Shown: positions 1 to 13,290, numbered from the whole stretch's first letter. The stretch: DNA of 63,798 bases, filler included, from Asterionella formosa (GCA_002256025.1; 4 parts of 4 records of this genome joined end to end with filler, not necessarily neighbours in it); one strand, 5' to 3'. Made by a program: numbers and translations. Notes: generated by a model from the letters alone, not told the origin.

Positions 1-1639
1 GGCGGGGGTCTGAATTGGAGACCATTCTTGTATTTTTGTTAGCATTACTACTGACGATACCGGAGGAGTGGCACCAATGGGTCCCACTGTTGGCTTCTCC
101 TGTTCCATTTTGCTTGTTTCCGCGCTGCACTAGCAGCTGAACAGCTAACTAGTATTATCGGTATCGCAAGACAGATACAACGCGAAGGATTAGAAGGAGA
201 TGGCAAACAGAGGTGATATTTAAAAAAGAACAAAAAGAACGATTAAATCACAATCGAAGAGAATAAACGTTACATGTATAATGATACCAGAGCAATCATC
301 ATGTTACATTTGATGACAAGAGACCGTTCGTCTTGGTCCGTGAAATCGAATCTTCACTCAGGAACATCCAGAACCCAATTATAAATTAAGTATGCGTAAG
401 CACAGATAATAATCAGGAGTGAATACACGTTTTAGCGTTAAATGGGAAAAAGCAGGGTAAACTCCCAAAGAGGCGATACTTCGACCTTATCCTAGGATGC
501 CAAATTGTGCTTGTAACTTTAATGAAGGGTTCAGCAGTGGTCGCTTTATGATTTGGATCAACGATCTCTCTTGACGACGAGGCAAACGTCAAAGGAGAAG
601 AGAGCGACGATTGAAACGAGCACTTACGGGTGGGTGTCTTACTTTATGATGTTTCTAATCATGCATACAGTATAGCGACAATTCCTAGATTCGCTGCTAC
701 AGTATACCCGTACAATGGTACATCGTTGATCATATATTTCAGTACCATGTACTCATAATTTTAAGGGTACGAATTTATGCTAAGGACTATTAATTATAAT
801 CCATGAAATATTGAATGAATGCTTTCCCTCAAGAACCATTTACTACATTTTTGTAGGAATTCCTACCGGAACAGTATCTATTATAGTGTAAGTTTACGAA
901 TTTAAAATCAGGACTTCATATTAAAATCCGTGAATTTTTTACCTTACTCTTTCCCTCAAGAGCCATTTACTTCATCTTGGTAGGAATTCCTACTTATATA
1001 TTATCTCCTGAAATCAAAATGAGTACTGTATGATGTACGGACTACCTGGTACAAAGTAAATGTTACCTGGTTCTCCTAGCTGGTAGACCTACCGTAATAA
1101 ATTAAAATGTATATAACGAACCAGTATCACCGGTGATGCTCGGGAATTTTACGTTGGTCAAAGCGTTCGTACAGACAATGCACACACGAGAACCAACTCT
1201 TACATCGAGAGGACCGCCAAGACAAGAATCAATCATAGTTCTAAATACAGGAATGAAGTAGCAATACTGATACTTTGTTGGAGCAGATGACACAATTATT
1301 GCTATACTGAAGTGTGCGTGTAAAAATTCTTTAATATTTTAATCAAGGATTGCTGTTTTAGGTACAGGTAGTACTAGCTAGGCTTAAATTGTCAATTAAA
1401 TTTATAGTATCATGTTAAAGCTTCTCAATAATTTCACTCAGGCCCAAATATATAGACACAATTAGTACTGGTTTTATTGTCTGTATGGTACAATGGTACT
1501 TGTCCTCTTTCCATCAGCCACACCACCCTCGAACACTAGGAACTACTCCCTCTGTTCCGGTATAGTTGCACCCAACCTTTAGCATCTTCGATTTTGTCTC
1601 AAACATCGAGAAATGTAAAAAGCGCAACTCCATAAGCAA

Positions 1640-2500
1640 CCTCGTGAAAGAATATTGTAGAAGGAAAAAAGGTCCTGGCATCTGGCTGATGGATCTGTAA
1701 TAAAGAGCCCAGCAACAACTACGCATGGGTGGAAGTTCTTTGATAAACGGACATCAACTTACACTCATGGACATGAATGGGTATCTGGAGGGGGATAGGG
1801 GTTGTCATTGCTACGATCAGAGATGGGTGGACTTTTGGGTGGCTTGGCAGCAATATCCACAATCTTGTGCACAGGAAGCTTAATTCCGTGCAAGCAGCCA
1901 TTGTATTCCTATTCATGTATACCTCGATAATACAGCATTGATAACAAGATTTCAACAATGGAAAATCTGTGGGCCTTCTGGCACACTTCTTTCATATCAT
2001 GATCTCTTGCAAGCTTCCATGCAAATCATGACATTCTCCAATTAGATTTGATTCCTCACCATGTGAGCGAAGTCTCATCAGGATTATGAGTGTGCATATG
2101 ATCAACTTCCATGGCAGGCAAGACTCAATTGTGATTGTGATCAGTAGGCAGCATTATTTTGAGACTGTTAGTGCATATGATCAACTTCCATGGCATGCAA
2201 GATTAAATTGTGATTGTGATCAGCAGGCAGCATTAGTTCGAGACTGTTACACATACGTACAAGCAAAGAAAATATCTTAGAAATTTCCTCTGGGACATTC
2301 AGCTACTTTAGAAATTTGAAAAACTTTCATTACAAAAACATCTTCCACTCGCTGTACGAAATGCAGCATAGAAGGGGACATGGCTAAATAGCTACATTAT
2401 GAAGATTGCAAGCTGGGATTCTAAATTTACCTTTGATAAGGTGGACTGGGAGGCACAATCGAATGATGTCAAAGACAATGTGGTTTGCAGAAAACTGTGC
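1640..2500 (+). pseudogene. Degenerate non-LTR retrotransposon (LINE) fragment, RNase H region
   Basis: Frameshifted RNase H motifs in the expected order: LADGSV (~1682), RSEMGGLLGGLAAI (~1817), DNTAL (~1926), SHQD..YDQLPWQARLNCDCD (~2075-2150), then DKVDWEA (~2435). Contains a local ~79-bp tandem duplication (units from ~2092 and ~2171). Confidence 0.65.
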
Positions 2501-2507
2501 TTCCCTA

Positions 2508-2776
2508 GTTTGTTAGTGTAGATGAGTTCCCAAGCACCTTTCGTCATAGTAGTCGCAGTGTAAGGGGAAACTAGGACCGCCTAGGAAGGCGGCGCAAGCT
2601 GCTTGTAGGGTGGGCAAACCCACTATTTCTTGCACACAGGCAAGACTGCTGTGTGGGAAGGTAAAGAGTGTTGGAGTCGAACCCAACAAATTGCTTCTTA
2701 AAAACCTGCGGGAACCGAACCACACAACTTCAGATCAAAGGCAACATGCTCAACAAACCACTGTAAGCCATTCCCT
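2508..2776 (-). mobile_element. Putative tRNA-derived SINE-like element
   Basis: Minus strand begins GGGAATGGCTTACAGTGG (A-box-like), then GGTTCGGTTCC (B-box-like) and a second exact B-box GGTTCGACTCC (plus strand 2673-2683). The body is GC-rich, and the 3' end is ACTA-like (ACTAACAAACTA). Confidence 0.5.
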
Positions 2777-2780
2777 CAGT

Positions 2781-3056
2781 TGATAGTTTTGATGCTTACT
2801 ACGTGAATCCATACTATATAGCACTAGTACTACCATGAGTGCATGAATCTTCATGTAATAAATGCATCTACAGGACAATCTGCTTGCTCTTTAATTGAAG
2901 AATCATACTGAATCTACTTGCACTTCAAAGGAAGATTCATGATGGATCTACCAGAGCTTTAACGGCTTTTCTGGCTACTTTAAGTGAAAAGCTACAGGTT
3001 GTAGTTGGCTTGATAACTTCCAGCATCATTCTTGAAAAAACAAATAGTAACATGAT
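2781..3056 (+). repeat. 5' LTR of the copia element
   Basis: About 275 bp starting TG, near-identical over most of its length to 12068-12338, and immediately followed by the PBS. Confidence 0.85.
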
Positions 3057-3057
3057 T

Positions 3058-3069
3058 GGTTATGAGCTC
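3058..3069 (+). other. Primer binding site (half-tRNA iMet type)
   Basis: GGTTATGAGCTC directly after the 5' LTR. One mismatch to GGTTATGAGCCC, the complement of the anticodon region of initiator tRNA-Met used by Drosophila copia-type elements. Confidence 0.65.
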
Positions 3070-3109
3070 AAGCAACTTCCGGTTATCAGTCTGTTGAATT
3101 TGCATCATC

Positions 3110-4560
3110 CTTTGTAAGAAGTGCATTTGAGAAGTGACCAACTTAATGTCAACAGGAACTACAGTGTCCACAGGGCCTCTTACTACCCTGTCTCCCAGGC
3201 CTACTCCTTTGTTGCCACCAGTCCCTGCTGCAACATCTTGATCCCCTCTCATCATGCCATCGTCCTCCTCAGTCACCATTTCTGGTGCTGCAGCATCTGA
3301 TAGCATTGTTAAGCCACAGCCTCCCAAGGTTGGTGGACTTACCCCTCTCACTGACAAGGATGGGCAGCCTGGACTGGTGTAAATCCCAAATCAGATTGGT
3401 CTGGCCTTGATGAGCGATGAAGAGTCCCAAGACTTCACATCACCAAATCAGTTGCACCCAGTGTATGATATAGCCTCGTCTCAGAAAGGTTATAACTTCC
3501 TCATGTGTGGTTTTAACACAAAGTTTGACAGAAAAGGTGATCTAGCAGCCTTTCAACATGATTTGTGGATTCACCTTGTTCAGAACACAGGAATGGACTC
3601 CATTTCTTACATCCCAGATCCTACAGATTCCAGCTGCATGAAGAATGGTGTTAAGGAGCATTCCAGATTCACTGTGGATTCTGCAAAGAAGATGTGTGAA
3701 AAGCAACTGAAGCTCTATGATTTCCATGACTGGCCGTGGCAACAACATGTCAGCATGTCAATTCCTGCTTACATCAGCCACTCTAAGATCAGTTGAAGTG
3801 CACCATCACTGAAAAGATTGAAGGCTCTGATCCTTTCCCAGTTGTCTGGATGATATTGATCAAGACAGTCCGCTATACTTCCATTGAATGCTTTCAAGAC
3901 CTGAAAGTGAACATCAAGTTGCGCCTTCCCTCTCAGTATGCTGGTGAAGATCTAACCAAACTTGCTGTCGACTTTCGAGCTGATGCTTTGGAATTGGCTA
4001 CTGCTGGGCAGTAGTAAGATTATAACTTGACTTTGGTCATGCTAAAAAGCTTTCTTCTGGCTGGTGGAGAAGGAAATGAGAACTTTCCTTTTCCCTTACA
4101 TGGACTGTTGGTAGTCTTGCTTGATGAAGAAGCCCTACTGGATATTGGCTACATGGAGAAAGATGTAGCTGACAAGCACATGATAAAGAGCAACCTCACC
4201 TACAAGGCCATCTTTTCAAAAGCTGAAGATCAGTATCGCAAGCTCTATAATCAAAAACAGTGGCCACCTGCCAAGCATGCTCGCGATTCCAAGGCACCTC
4301 CAGCAAGTTTTGGTGCTCATGTTGCTCAATCAGAGTTTTTGACTTTGACACAATCCTCTCAAATATCCAGTGCTTCTCCCAGTGGCCCTACCAAAGGAAA
4401 GTGGGCCTTCTGTGCACCAGACTTGTGGATCATGATTCTAGTTTCCCCTCATTGGTAGAAACCTGACCCAGATCCCAACTTCCGCCATACACCGCGATGG
4501 CAACGATGTTTCATGCAACATCACTGCAATAACCTTGACAAGAAAAATCACAGCACCAAC
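3110..4560 (+). pseudogene. Copia gag-like region, frameshifted
   Basis: Consecutive broken ORFs 3407-3796, 3793-4014 and 4027-4458 (e.g. GMDSISYIPDP, YAGEDLTKLAVDF, QWPPAKHARDSKAPP) lying downstream of the LTR/PBS. Confidence 0.6.
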
Positions 4561-4587
4561 AGACACCACTCAAGCCAAGAAAGAATA

Positions 4588-5582
4588 GATTTTTTGCATT
4601 AAAGTGTCGGAAAATGCATAAACCGTCAGTCAGGGGAGTTTGTGATCATTTCCGCGATGCGAAATTTTTATTCGAGTAAAAAACAAGCAGTCTATTGTTG
4701 AATGGCTGAAAGTATGTCTATAGTAAGCTGTCAAACGATCTTATCAAGATTCCATAGAAATATAAACCACGACAATTAGTGTGTACGCAAAACTCACTAC
4801 AAAACTGACGTTGAGGAATATGTTGCATCTTGAAATGTTGTTCCCTCTCCGAGAATACTGTCGCTCAGGTTTTCTCATCTATTTCTACAAAACATAGAAA
4901 ACCTAATCTAGCTATTCAAAGTTATCAAGCTAATCATCGCGGACTCAAAACTGTCGCTACTTTGGTCATATCTTCAAAACTGAGCAAATGACAACCAAAA
5001 ACAACTTTCAGCGCTGATTTCAACTTTTTGTTTTCGATACTAGTGCAAAAAATTTAATTATTCAACGATAATCTCGTCTATGTTAGTCTGCATACACGTG
5101 CGAAATAGGAATTGTTCATTGTCAATATTCGTGAAGATATTCAACTCCATAATTTCGTCATGGTTAAGATGGAGTTGCTGTCTCATCAACCCCATACCAC
5201 AGGCAGCTGTACAAACACACATGGAAGTACTGCCTAATGGTATCTGGTACCAAGCATGTATAATATTTAACGCTATACATTCAGAATGTACAAAGTATAT
5301 ACGAGGTTTGTTGTATGTAAGATGTGTTCCATGTCGAAAACCTAAGTACATCTGATACATTATGCATCCGATTTCTTGACAAAATGTACAGTAGTACAAA
5401 TATATATTTATTTTTCGATATTCAATATACTAAGTAAAAAGAGTCATTGAAAATTTAGGTAGGAATAGTTTCTATCATTGATAAAACTTATTATTGATTT
5501 GCTACAAATTTAGTCAAAAAGTAATCCCGAGTTCCCCTGACTAACTCATTATGCATTTTCGGACACTTTTATGCAAAAAGTG
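4588..5582. mobile_element. Non-autonomous Tc1/mariner-like element (MITE, ~1 kb) inserted in the copia element
   Basis: Imperfect ~60-bp TIRs (TTTTTGCATTAAAGTGTCGGAAAATGCATAA..GTCAGGGGA vs TCCCCTGAC..TTATGCATTTTCGGACACTTTTATGCAAAAAGTG), flanked by TA at 4586-4587 and 5583-5584; no ORF. Confidence 0.75.
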
Positions 5583-5942
5583 TAATGGACCCTCAAGCCA
5601 ACTCCATCATAAGGTTCATCGACGTTACTCAATTTCTTGGTGCTCAATGGGGCAATACTTTCGCCATACCCCCACTGTTTATGAACAAGACCTAGCCACT
5701 CAAATTGATGCTCTTCGTGTCCGTGTTGTGTCCCTAGACCGAGAAGTTGCCCACATCAGCAGGCTTCATACTCTCAAATCTTGTTATCCTGCTCCAGTCT
5801 CTGCTGGTCGAGAAGGAGAGCATGACATGGCCAAGAAGCAGAAGAAGACGATGCTCATGAGTCCTACTAAACAAGGCTTGCTTGTCCAGCAGACATCGAC
5901 CATCAGGGCCTGAAGGTTATCATGGCGTGACCAAGTCTAATC

Positions 5943-7915
5943 TTGTTTACGAACAATCCAAGGAAGCAACCAAGACTTCCACTCTCTTTTAACAACTTTG
6001 AGCTCATGGAAGTCAATGAATCCTCAAGAAATTCTGCAGCAAATACTGCTACATTGCAAATGGTCTTGCATGCTCAATTTCACATTGTGTTTGATGATTG
6101 GTTTTCAACTGTCTTTTCATCAGAAATTGATGCTCTCCCAGATTTCAATTTGCCAGAATTTTCACAGGTATGCGGAGATTCAGTTTACTAGTACCCCATA
6201 GATGATGACTTCGCCATTGATGAAAGTGGTGGGTATGTAATTGACATTTTCTCTCAGCAAGCCGACACCCATCAAGCAGCTGTTGAACATGCCATGGACA
6301 CTCCTGCTATGCCTCCAACCCCATTACCTGTTGTGCCACCACCTACTACTGCCCCCGCTTTACTCCCTCAACATCCATTGCTTGGCACTACAAGCACAAC
6401 TAATCCAACTACAAGAAGCACAACTCATCCGTCTGCTCCATTTCCTGCTGCTCCAGTCCAACTGTTTCCGAAAAATAACACCAGACGGTACTGTACAGAA
6501 ATTTAAGGCACTGTAATGTGTCCGAGGTGACCTACAGAAGGAGTTTTCAACACGTATGCACCTGTTGTTGCTTGGAGTACTCTGAGACTCTTCCTTGTTG
6601 TCTTGTCCCTAACGTTGGATTGGTATACATGCTTTGTTGACTTCAGTAATTCCTTTGTCCAAGCAACACTGGATGCGCCAGTGTAGATTAACCTACCTCG
6701 TGGGTTCAATTCTTCTTTCCCAGGCCAAACCTGCCTTCGCCTTTGCTGCAGTCTTTATGGCCTTTCAATTGACCCCAAACTTTTGTATGATCACCCCCCC
6801 CCCCCCCCACCCTCCCCTCACCCCCCCCCCCCCCCCCCCTTCGCATTCTTGACTAAGGATGGTTTCAAACAGAGTCATTTTGACAAGTGCCTACTACTCT
6901 ATAAGAAAAACATGTTGACTGTGGCATATGTTGATGACATCGGAATTGCCACAAACAATGGAAAAGAAGTCGATATGCTAATAGAAAGACTTTTAAAGGC
7001 AAGCTTTGATTTAACTCGTGAAGGAAGTTTCTCTGTATTTCTTGGTATAAAGTTTGTGAAGGACCCAGTGGAGGAAACCACAACACTCACTCAGCGTGGA
7101 TTGATCAAGAAGATCATTGATCACGCAACTGGCATGAGCAACTGCAATCCAAATTGTACCCGAGCTACACAGCTTGCACTTGGAAGTGATCCTGATAGAG
7201 AAGAAATGTCAGAATCCTGGAGCTACGCATCGATTGTTGGAATGCTCCTTTATCTTGCCACCAACACCCGTCCTGATATTGCATTTGCAGTCAGCCAAGT
7301 TGCCTGATTCAATCACACACCAAGAAAAGAAAGCCATACAACAGCAATCAAGGACAATGTCCGTTCTTACCTCAATCGCACATCTGATAAAGGTACTATT
7401 GTTTGCCCAAATGGAACATTGCAGCTTGATTGCTATGTGGATGCTGACTTTGCTGAGTTATATGGATGTGAACCTGCTGGATATCCGAAGAGTGTGCGGT
7501 CAAGGATACGCTACATCATCATGCTTGGGAACTGTCTTTTGATCTGGAGATCTCAGTTGCAAACTGAAATTTCCTTGTCAACTCTTGAGGCTGATTATTC
7601 TGCACTCAGCCACAGCATGTGGACATTGTTGCCAATTCTCACTCTCATGATTGAACTGGCTACCGCTTTGGAGCTCCCCTCTCAACTCCAATCCAGCATT
7701 CATACTCAAGTCTTCGAAGATAATAATGGCGCCTTGCCACTGGTAAACAACCAGAAGATCAAATCTCGCACAAAGTACCCTCTTGTGAAATGGCATTTCT
7801 TTTGGTCTCACATTAACAATGGTGATGTGACAGTGTTGAAAATAGATTCACATGACAAAAGTGCTGCCTTGTGATTCCTTCAACAGCAATCGTAAATTGG
7901 TTCAAGGATGGTAGC
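5943..7915 (+). pseudogene. Copia pol remnant: integrase C-terminus, reverse transcriptase and RNase H
   Basis: QFHIVFDDWFSTV; TYAPVVAW; VDFSNSFVQA; AYVDD; YASIVGMLLYLATNTRPDIAFAVSQVA; YVDADFA; ISLSTLEADY; FEDNNGA; SRTKY. Multiple stops and frameshifts; protease and integrase core are missing. Confidence 0.9.
6793..6839. repeat. Poly-C tract interrupting the RT
   Basis: About 47 nt, almost pure C, between LYDH and FLTKDGFKQS. Confidence 0.85.
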
Positions 7916-8061
7916 AGCAAGCAGGATGCCGAAACCACTTTCTGTTTAGATTTAAATGATAATGGTTTGTTGATCATCACTTGTGTTTAGGTGTTCATTA
8001 AGGTGGTATATAAATATATATACCAATGCGCATTAAATGATACTTGTTTATTGCATCGAAT

Positions 8062-8072
8062 GAGAGGGAGAC
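8062..8072 (+). other. Polypurine tract of the copia element
   Basis: GAGAGGGAGAC downstream of the RNase H region and immediately before TGAAA, the start of the 3' LTR. Confidence 0.7.
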
Positions 8073-8078
8073 TTGAAA

Positions 8079-11000
8079 CCGTCTGCAAATAAAAAATATC
8101 ATGAATATAGGATCAAGGGTATCCTATGCTAAGTGGCACAGGATGTTTACATATATGATAGTTTTTGGATCAAAAATATGATCAATGCATCATATAATTA
8201 TGATCATGCATTAAACTTTTACCGAGCTTGAAGCATGATGATGCAATCATTGTTATAATACCGTTGCATCATATAATTAGTTAAGCATGGTCCTACGATT
8301 TGTATACTGTTGTCATACATCTATATTAGCATGATTGTAATTCTCATGGATATCACTGTCTAAAATAGGATGAAATTGATCGAAATTTAAACTATATTAA
8401 CAAATGGTTCTATGTTTCTATATCTTGAGTGGCTACAGAATGTTCTACAATTCTCTCATCGCAATGATTGGTGCTTTCACTTCCACCTTCCCCCCAATCC
8501 AATTCTGGAGGTTGTTGTACAGGTTGCCTTGCCGTTGTTCCCCTGCTTTGTTCCATTTACTCCTGATAGATCTAAGTTTGCATTCACGCATTTTCCCATA
8601 ACTAGTAAATCCGTTTCGTTGTCACAATCATAATAACAAAGAGAAAATTCATTATTAGCTGTTCATGTTTTGCTTACACAACAACATGCATTTCACTTCT
8701 ATCTTTGCTTACCACAAATTGAGGAAGTAACTGATGCATTTTTCTGTAAAATAATGTGAGTGTCAGTTGAACATTGAATAGGTATCGAGGATCAATAAAT
8801 TGGCTCCAATGCTGCTGTTTGTAACTTACAAATACTGTTTGTCTACCATTATCCTGAAAGAAGCAACACACATGTTTCAGTTTTTCTAACAGTTGTGGAT
8901 TGATCCAAAGATGATAGCACTTACCGATTTCTTTTTCCCACATTGATGGTTGACCAGCCACCAAATCGAAAAGAAGCTATTGAATCACTGAAAGGAGAGC
9001 AACGAGTCATTCCGTATTTGTAATCCCAACAATTGATCATCCTGGCATTTGCTCTTGACATGCCATGATACTATGCACAGCTTGTTGATTCTTCCCTTCT
9101 TCATCATATTCACTCATTCTTAGCCGCATTGTGTATTATCATGTTGTATTGTCACTTCAGTTTTTCGCATCATGTGTTGCTTGAGATCCTTCATTTCAGG
9201 AAGTTTATGCATGACAAGGAACATGAAGGCATTTGCTCTTGACTTACCATCAATTGATTCCGCCCTTATCCGTAGTCACTACTTCTAAGCCGCAAGTATC
9301 ATTGTGTTGTATTATTACTTTCGTTTTCTGTGTCATCATTTGTGATGATCCTTCATTTCAGGAGCAAAGTGTATGCATGACAAGGAACATGAAAACATGA
9401 TTTCAAATGTTTCAGACATGAATACATATATAGAAAGATTTGTAAGAAGTTTAAATGTATATATAGTTGAACATTTGCATAGTTTTAAACAGCCACGGTC
9501 ATTATATGGCACATCCTGTGTATGCTAACATCAATTTTGATTATACTTAATTCAAATATATACAATGCATGAAGAGTTCATATTCTTCCACGACCTGTTG
9601 AATTTTTTCAATTTGTTTTGTGTCAATTCTTGTACCTACAAGTCAGTGGCTGATTTAATTAAGCCCCTTATTAAACGGGAGACATCACCAATTTTTCAAA
9701 TGGTCGAAATCATACATTTATGTATATAGACATATTGACCTAAATTCATATGGCCTACTGGTAGTACTGTATACTTGCTGGGAATTACTTCTATCATGGG
9801 AGTACCACAATAGTGCAGCGGAAAACTGATTATGCTCATGTGTTTAGGATCTTTTGATCATATTTTTAAGATCAATTAATCCTAATTCCTGAAAATTAAT
9901 ATCGATCTTTCATTTTCTCATCAATGACACCAATTATCATATGATCAATATGTTATGATGATCAATGGTATAGGATGAATGAATCAAAATTTAATGATTA
10001 AAGATCATAGTTTATACCAAAGTAGTTGCTCATTCATGCAACCCCTCCTGTATACAGTACGGAAGTTATTACCCCAAAGCTACCAAATTTTTATGTCTTG
10101 TAAGAATTATCGCAGCATGCATGCATACTACATGACTCCTACTGGTATATACAAAACGGAAACGATGACCATCAGACTACCTATCCTATAGGTCTTGTAG
10201 AATTGTCACAACATGGCTGCATATCTATTAAAAGGGTGGGAGGAGTCATCCATGCACCTGTATGATGTGAAATATGGAAATGATCAAAAATAGTCTACAA
10301 GGAGCAGTGCATCATATATTTTGCCCTATTATTTTAATTCCTATGAAATCTCTTGATCTGTTCTGCGCTTTTTCACCACAATTGTTTCATTGTTTCACTG
10401 GATAGCATTCGAATTGATTGTGCTTCAAACAAAGCAATGATCAAAGTCCACCTCATCGCAGAATGGTGAGTCTCAAAACTATGTATCAGCCAGGCGATTA
10501 AAATGGGACCATCTTTTGTGCACCCTTCTTGTTGTCTTTTTCCATTGACTTGGCAACTGTCAGCCAAAAGCAGCCATGGTATGCCACCATTTATTGCCTA
10601 TACGAATTTTCGAATGCGTTCAGCTATGATAACTTTTGTTCGTAAACACTATCTCACCACCCTTGTCATAGATTTTTCTTATGATTGGGTCAATCCATTC
10701 TTGTTCCCGCAAGACCAGCAGCAATTATCCATTTACTTCTCCTCCCAAGAACCTTCATTTCTCTTTCACAATTGTCCTAATTTTTGCAGAGCATTTTTAG
10801 TTCCCTTTTGATTTTTCCACTGGTTTTGATCCCTTTTGGCATTCAAGTCAAGAAACAAGTGACGCATTGAGATTTCTGGAGGTTTTGGTCAGTGGCACCA
10901 TACAGCAACAATCAACAGATCATGGCGGCTGTTTTCCATTTGCTGTAGCAAGTGACATCCAAGAGGGTCTGGGATCATTGGGGAGAAAAATTAGTAGGCT

Positions 11001-12067
11001 TCTCTGTGTTTGCCCCCGCCCGTTTGGCAGCCATTCTACCATTGCTTCCTCTCAATCAATAACAGTAAAATTGAAAACTGTAATTATATGAAATGTTATT
11101 TCTGGTTTCTTATATATTCATATTGTTGCACTACTGAAACTTGAATCCGTAAATGGGCATTCAACTTGTGCTTCTTGCATTTTTGCAGTATAGACTGGTG
11201 GCTGGTGGGCGATAGGTCAAAGTGTTCGACTTTTCATCTACAAAGTAGTGCTTTTGTTGAGCTAGGATTGTGTCTAAATCCAACTGCTGCCATCCATTGA
11301 AATATTCCAGATACATCAAAGAATTGTTTGCTCCTGTCTTCAAAGGTAAGGAACTAGTACGATGACAAAGAAAATCTAATGAGACATGAAAATTACGAAA
11401 CCAGAATCACTCTGCTACTATACATAGACAGTCTCTTGCTTCTTTGTGCATATCGCCTGCCTGCTATGCTGCATTTCAATTCTAAATGCATTTTGTTCTC
11501 ATTAGAGAGACGATGTAGCATAGAAGTAGATTCTACTGTTCTATAATGGATGTTGAGCTTGTTTAGCTATGATTGAGGCTGTAACACTGATTGATGCTCC
11601 GGTGACAGACCGGAAATATTCGTCTTGTGTGATGAGCCATTTGGTTTTCATTGGATTTCTTTTCAAGCTCTTAACGGATTGCATACGAACATACTGTACA
11701 CTGTAGATGATGATTCATCGAAGACATATGATGACTTGAACGACAAATGAAGATTCATCACAATCACTCATTCCTCTCGACATGGCTGCTTTGTCGTTGT
11801 TGCAAGAATTAGAGTGAGGACTGGAGAGCAGGATGATGAGCCAAACCACATTACTTTAGCTGGTACGACATTATCCTACCAAGAAATTAAATAAAGGAAC
11901 CTAACAGAAACAATACATCTAATTAAATTTATATATTCAAAAGGGTTACTTTTTAAATTACGAGGGCATTTATCAAAATTATTAGATGATATAACGAAAA
12001 ATTATGATCAAATGATCATAATCCTATGATGCATCATAGGAATATGATGGTTTTTATTTGCAGACGA
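8079..12067. mobile_element. ~4-kb TIR DNA element inserted into the copia 3' LTR
   Basis: Ends are CCGTCTGCAAATAAAAAATATCAT and ATGATGGTTTTTATTTGCAGACGA (inverted). Removing it restores TTGAAAGTGGTGATATTTACTACG, which aligns without gaps to the 5' LTR start TTGATAGTTTTGATGCTTACTACG. The interior is only decayed coding-like sequence. Confidence 0.75.
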
Positions 12068-12338
12068 GTGGTGATATTTACTACGTGAATTCATGCTACA
12101 TAGCACTATTACTACCATTAGTGCATGAATCTTCATGTAATAAATGCATCTACAGGACAATCTGCTTGCTCTTTAATTGAAGAATCATACTGAATCTACT
12201 TGCACTTCAAAGGAAGATTCATGATGGATCTACCAGAGCTTTAACGGCTTTTCTGGCTACTTTAAGTGAAAAGCTACAGGTTTTAGTTGGTTTGATAACT
12301 TCCAGCATCATTCTTGAAAAAACAAATAATAACATAAT
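12068..12338 (+). repeat. Main part of the copia 3' LTR
   Basis: Direct repeat of ~2786-3056. Confidence 0.85.
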
Positions 12339-12779
12339 TCAGCAAAACCATACTTGTGAAAGCCCCCCTTTCAACTGTAAAGCTAGCTGCCAAGAATTGA
12401 CCATAATTACAGTACTTGCTACAAGGCACTCTACCTACTGCCTGGCTAGTAGCTTGGTGGACTGCCAGCTTCCTACACCTTGGGAAGGAATAACACAACT
12501 CTCTCCTGAATGTATATTTATACTATACACTGATGAAGACCAATTATGTGTCATATGACCCGCTACTGGGGGTACCTGGTGGTATTGGATATAATACCAG
12601 TCAAGACACAAGAAAATGTACCATATGCATCCTGTTTGGCCAGAGTGAGATCATTGCAAGGCCTTTCAAACCTGGCCGGATGTAATTAAGCAATTCACAG
12701 TAACCAATCATAATATAAATAATGCGGCGGAAAGAATTTTTTCTACAGGATTTTTATCACAAGAGAACCATTCCAATGA

Positions 12780-13290
12780 TGATGTTTCGGCGATTTGTGG
12801 TTCTTACTCCCATATTATTGAGATTGCCGAAAAGGCCGATTTTGTCGAATTTTGGAAGAAAATTGCTCAATGTTGGCGGGATTTGAAGGAGAATTAAATA
12901 CATAGATAATCTATTATATAGCCTCAGAAGTTAACTTTCTGTGACAAAGTGGCTGCAGAAAGGAACTTTGGGTTTTTTACATGCCACATGAACCATTTGG
13001 TCCAGTAAATCCAAGTTTTTCAGCACAGTTAAAAACAGAAGTTTCCTTCTGCATTTTTTCGCCAGATTCTATTTGCTGACAATATATTATGTTGTACTAC
13101 TATACCCATAGACTACTTTGACAAATACCTCCATCTAGCAAGCATGTATACATGGAAGGAGTGTCTAATGGTGAAAGTTTTAAGTATAGCAATATACATA
13201 ATTGATTTAGATGTGGGAAGTACATGTTGGGTTAGTCCGAATCAATTTCTCCAACCCCAGTTTGAGCTAGGGATTCTAACCTTAATCTTA
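12780..13290. repeat. Dispersed non-coding repeat family with internal palindromes (copy 1)
   Basis: Similar to 45060-45425 (same strand) and 49295-50180. Internal inverted pair CTGCAGAAAAGGAACTT..GAAGTTTCCTTCTGCA. Confidence 0.65.

Larger units (their letters stand above)
2781..12338 (+). mobile_element. Decayed Ty1/copia (CoDi-like) LTR retrotransposon with nested insertions
   Basis: Direct LTRs (2781-3056 and 8074-8078 + 12068-12338), PBS at 3058, PPT at 8062, gag and RT/RNase H remnants, and a possible TSD TCAGT (2776-2780) / TCAGC (12339-12343). Confidence 0.85.

Noticed and set aside
2700..2776. Functional tRNA gene
   Set aside because: A- and B-box-like motifs are present, but no convincing cloverleaf or acceptor stem; treated as a SINE head.
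6783..6852. Poly-proline protein
   Set aside because: Translation of a poly-C tract inside a dead RT; possibly a sequencing artefact.
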